A stretch of 63,976 nucleotides of DNA, the filler included, from Vicugna vicugna (lineage: Eukaryota): assembly GCA_013265495.1 (NCBI GenBank). It is 78 parts of 77 records of this genome, joined end to end, with 100 filler letters (N's around TTAATTAATTAA, not from the genome) between each part and the next. Parts side by side here need not be neighbours in the genome. Positions count along the whole stretch, not along the records: positions 60,808 to 61,560 come from PNXW01027192.1; positions 61,661 to 62,145 come from PNXW01027193.1; positions 62,246 to 62,710 come from PNXW01027196.1; positions 62,811 to 63,645 come from PNXW01027197.1; positions 63,746 to 63,976 come from PNXW01027692.1; 73 more parts are not named here. One strand, written 5' to 3'. Positions 60,808-63,976 of this stretch are shown in pieces. The notes under the pieces are model-generated. The model did no database searches. It was not told the DNA's origin and saw nothing but the letters and a program-made list of their open reading frames with translations. Every line of letters begins with the position of its first letter. The stretch's first letter is position 1. The translations under genes were made by a program, and so were the position numbers.

Positions 60808-61560
60808 GATTGACAGAAATAAACCATGAGCTCAAAAAGAGACTGTAGTATGAATAAGTATTTTTTACAAGTGGGATTTCAAATCAAAGAGCAAAGTATG
60901 AATTCAATAATTGTCCCGGGACAATCAGAGAATCACCTGGAAAAAGCAAATTCTATTCCAGTCATAATGACCACTAGAAAAATTACAGATATTGATGTAA
61001 ATATTAGAAAGTATTTCTATTCTAAGAATAATATCAAGGATAAAACCAAAAAGAAGACATTTACTAGCTTAAGATTATTTTGGGCCACAACAGAAATAAA
61101 CCTACTGAACAAAATGAAAGGCAAGAAATGACAAGAAAAAGCTCTGTGATACATGTTGATGAAGACAAGTGGTTAATGTTGATAACATACAAAGAGCTGT
61201 CACAAAGCAACCAGAAGCTCCCTCACTTAAATGTTTGCAAAGGACAAAAGGGATCATTCACTTTTTAAAAGTCAGAAGGCTAATGAGTGAAAAATGCTCA
61301 AAACTTCACTGGTCATCAAATGCAAACTAAATCAATGAAAAAGCACTTTGGCTCACCATATTGCCAAACATTTTTCAAAAATATTCCAGCTAGTGTCCAT
61401 CTGTGGGAGAAAAAACTGTGTGAGATCTTTTTGGAGGATGACATGTCAATGGATATGTAAACTCTGAAAAACGTGTGTACACACAGACTCGAATCCACTT
61501 TTAGGAATTGTTTCGTTTAGGAAAAAATCAGTTCAAAAAGATGTACTCATCAGAGCATTT
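60808..61560 (+). mobile_element. Degenerate old LINE-1 ORF2 3' region; first ~200 bp duplicated at 38112-38313
   Basis: L1-like GACAAGTGGTTAATGTTGATAACATACAAAGAGCT and GAAAAATGCTCAA..CTTCACTGGTCATCAAATGCAAACTAAA. Confidence 0.55.
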
Positions 61561-61660
61561 NNNNNNNNNNNNNNNNNNNNNNNNNNNNNNNNNNNNNNNN
61601 NNNNTTAATTAATTAANNNNNNNNNNNNNNNNNNNNNNNNNNNNNNNNNNNNNNNNNNNN

Positions 61661-62145
61661 TTCTTCAGTTATCTTTCTGATAGTTATTATTAGTGTGTAC
61701 AAATGAAAATTTTTCTGTATATTCATTGTGTACCCTGCAACTTTATTGAATTTATTTATTAGTCCTAAAAGTGTTTTGTTGGTGTCTTCATAATTTTCTA
61801 CATTGAACATCAGGCCATCTGCAAACAGTGGCAGCTTTATTTCTTTCTCTCCAATTTGGATGTTTTTTATTTCTTTGTTCTGTCTGATTGCTGTGGCTAA
61901 AATATTAAATACTATGGTAAGTAGAAGTGAAGAGAGTGGGCATCCTAGTTTTGTTTCTGATCTTAGAGAAAAAGTTTCAGCTTTGAATCAAGAATCATTG
62001 AAGATTAGCTATGGATCTGTCATACATGGCCTTTATTATTTAAGGTATATTCCCTCTATACCAAGTTTATTGAAAATTTTAACGTAAATAGATGCTGAAT
62101 TTTATCAAATGAATTTTCTCCATCCATTGAGATAATCATGTAACT
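61661..62145 (-). mobile_element. LINE-1 ORF2 reverse-transcriptase remnant
   Basis: The minus-strand translation LFADGLMFNVENYEDTNKTLLGLINKFNKVAGYTMNIQK is the decayed L1 RT LFADD...ELINEFSKVAGYKINIQK segment. Confidence 0.9.
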
Positions 62146-63745
62146 NNNNNNNNNNNNNNNNNNNNNNNNNNNNNNNNNNNNNNNNNNNNTTAATTAATTA
62201 ANNNNNNNNNNNNNNNNNNNNNNNNNNNNNNNNNNNNNNNNNNNNATATTATGTATATAAACAGCTACATATGTATTATATACTATCTGCAAATAAATAA
62301 ACAGAACACAATATGCTAGTATATCTTCTATTATGTATAATTTAATAAATAATATCATACTATATCCTGTTATATGACATGGCATATAATCTTTGATAAA
62401 ATAAGAAATCTGTCAATATATATTGGTAATTAATAAAATTTTTTAAAAAAACCCACAGCTTTTAACGCCGACACCACTCCATCTGTCACTATCTTTCCTC
62501 TTCCCTTTCATGGTCGTGGTCTTCACGGTGCTATTCATTCATATTCATTCCCCCTTTCATCTCCTTATCCTGAACCTTCCTCCTCCTCCCTTCGCATGCT
62601 GGCTTCTGCCCCTCTAGTCACCAGCGGCTTCTGGGGCACAGATTTGCGGGCACGGTCTCAGGCCTCAGCTCACCTGGGTGTCCGCCGCCTCTGCTACCGC
62701 TGGTGGGGGCNNNNNNNNNNNNNNNNNNNNNNNNNNNNNNNNNNNNNNNNNNNNTTAATTAATTAANNNNNNNNNNNNNNNNNNNNNNNNNNNNNNNNNN
62801 NNNNNNNNNNTAATTCTAGTTTATTCAATTTGCTAGAAATGTTTAGACAATGATGTCTATAGACATATAGACAATAAAGTCTATTTCAAGCTCTAACATA
62901 CATACTATATATGTTTCTTTTGTTTTTGAAGGGTTGGAGCTCAACTGAACTCTTGCAAATAAGACAACTTTCCATGCATCCTTTCAGGTAAAAAGGACTA
63001 GAATTATTTGGCAATGCTAAGATTCCTAAATTCATCTGACTGAAAATTTCCAGCTTAATAAAAATTTCTCTTAACTGGGGAATGCACCCATATGTCATAG
63101 CACCCATATCATAAATTATTTTTGTACTAAAATACTTGTTTTCTATCTCTTCTATGTACTTAAGCAACTTTGTATTACTGAGTAAAGTATCCAATAATAT
63201 AGAAAAAAAGTCTTTTGAAGATGTTCTAAAAAATATAAGTAATCACAAAATTTAAAGGGAATAGTTAGATTCCAAAGTGCACTTGTTAATTCTTTTAGGG
63301 GAGGACATGGAACCCTCTCTCACGTGCAGACAGACCAGCTCACAGAAGTCTACTGAACTCACAATGTGGTCGAGGTACAGAAACTCTGGTGCCGGAGTTG
63401 AGGACACAGCTACTCCATGGTGCCAATCAGACCCCCAGCTCCATGGCCAAGCTCACATCTCCCACTCCTGTCCCCTTACTTGCTGGGCTGAGCCAGCAAC
63501 AGCTCCCATGTTCCAGGCTCCTGCGTGTGGCGTCCTTGTCTGCAGCAACTGGAAGCAGAGCTGCTGGGTCAGGAATGGGGACCCAGAGATGGGGGATCTC
63601 CTAACCCAGGCCCAGTCCCTACCATCATTTATTCTGGTTCCCTTGNNNNNNNNNNNNNNNNNNNNNNNNNNNNNNNNNNNNNNNNNNNNTTAATTAATTA
63701 ANNNNNNNNNNNNNNNNNNNNNNNNNNNNNNNNNNNNNNNNNNNN

Positions 63746-63976
63746 CGAGAGACAACTCCACGCAGCTCTCTTGAGTCACAGGTGTTTCCTATTCGGGAAA
63801 GTCTGAGAAAAAACTTCCCTGACCTTGGGGAGGCAACCTCTGACACTGGGATAACCTGCAATCACCCCTAGCATTCCCTGGCACAGAGACATTAGGAAAA
63901 CCCGCAGGGGAGACGAGCTTAGGCATTCCGTTAGAACCCACGCGCTGCCGACCGTTGGTGGAACCTCCCCACGCTA
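63746..63976 (+). repeat. Satellite A1 (truncated by window end)
   Basis: GACGAGCTTAGGCATTCCGTTAGAACCCACGCGCTGCCGACCGTTGGTGGAACCTCCCCACGCT. Confidence 0.95.

Noticed and set aside
60826..61131. Similar short ORFs in the two duplicated segments (MSSKRD…) as a conserved gene
   Set aside because: The similarity reflects DNA duplication of decayed AT-rich repeat sequence; there is no splice or domain evidence.
63277..63645. Open frame after a possible acceptor (TTCTTTTAG at ~63298)
   Set aside because: No recognisable protein similarity and no clear donor; it cannot be supported without a search.
731..63701. Regularly recurring palindrome TTAATTAATTAA as a CRISPR-like array, recombination site or piggyBac TTAA target system
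   Set aside because: It is always embedded in exactly 44+44 N, is only 12 nt, has no cas or transposase genes nearby, and sits in mammalian repeat context. It is a synthetic linker.

Overview
This window is not a contiguous locus. It is an artificial concatenation ('chrUn'-style bin) of about 78 short unplaced mammalian contigs or mini-scaffolds (roughly 0.1-1.7 kb, many with internal N gaps). They are joined by 77 copies, by my count, of a 100-nt linker: N44-TTAATTAATTAA-N44. About half of the pieces are tandem satellite DNA from five readable families. A1 is a homogeneous, CpG-rich 267-bp satellite. A2 is a diverged, CpG-poor ~267-bp relative made of several monomer types. B is a 249-bp satellite. 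C is an AT/CATG-rich satellite built as a trimer of ~247-bp subunits, and it aligns colinearly with B. H is a heptamer-based (CTATATT-like) satellite. The rest are old LINE-1, L2, MIR and MaLR fragments, one ERV-like LTR, CpG-island fragments, five pairs of mutually paralogous non-satellite fragments, and one convincing coding exon: a group-B SRCR domain of the WC1/CD163-like family at 42758-43075. The WC1-like exon suggests an artiodactyl. The 267-bp satellite suggests a South American camelid such as alpaca, but that is recalled, not verified. Nearly all ORFs in the track are artefacts of N runs or repeats. I see no new gene system. The most interesting real signals are the evolutionary relationships and higher-order structure among the satellites, and the excess of paralogous fragment pairs.
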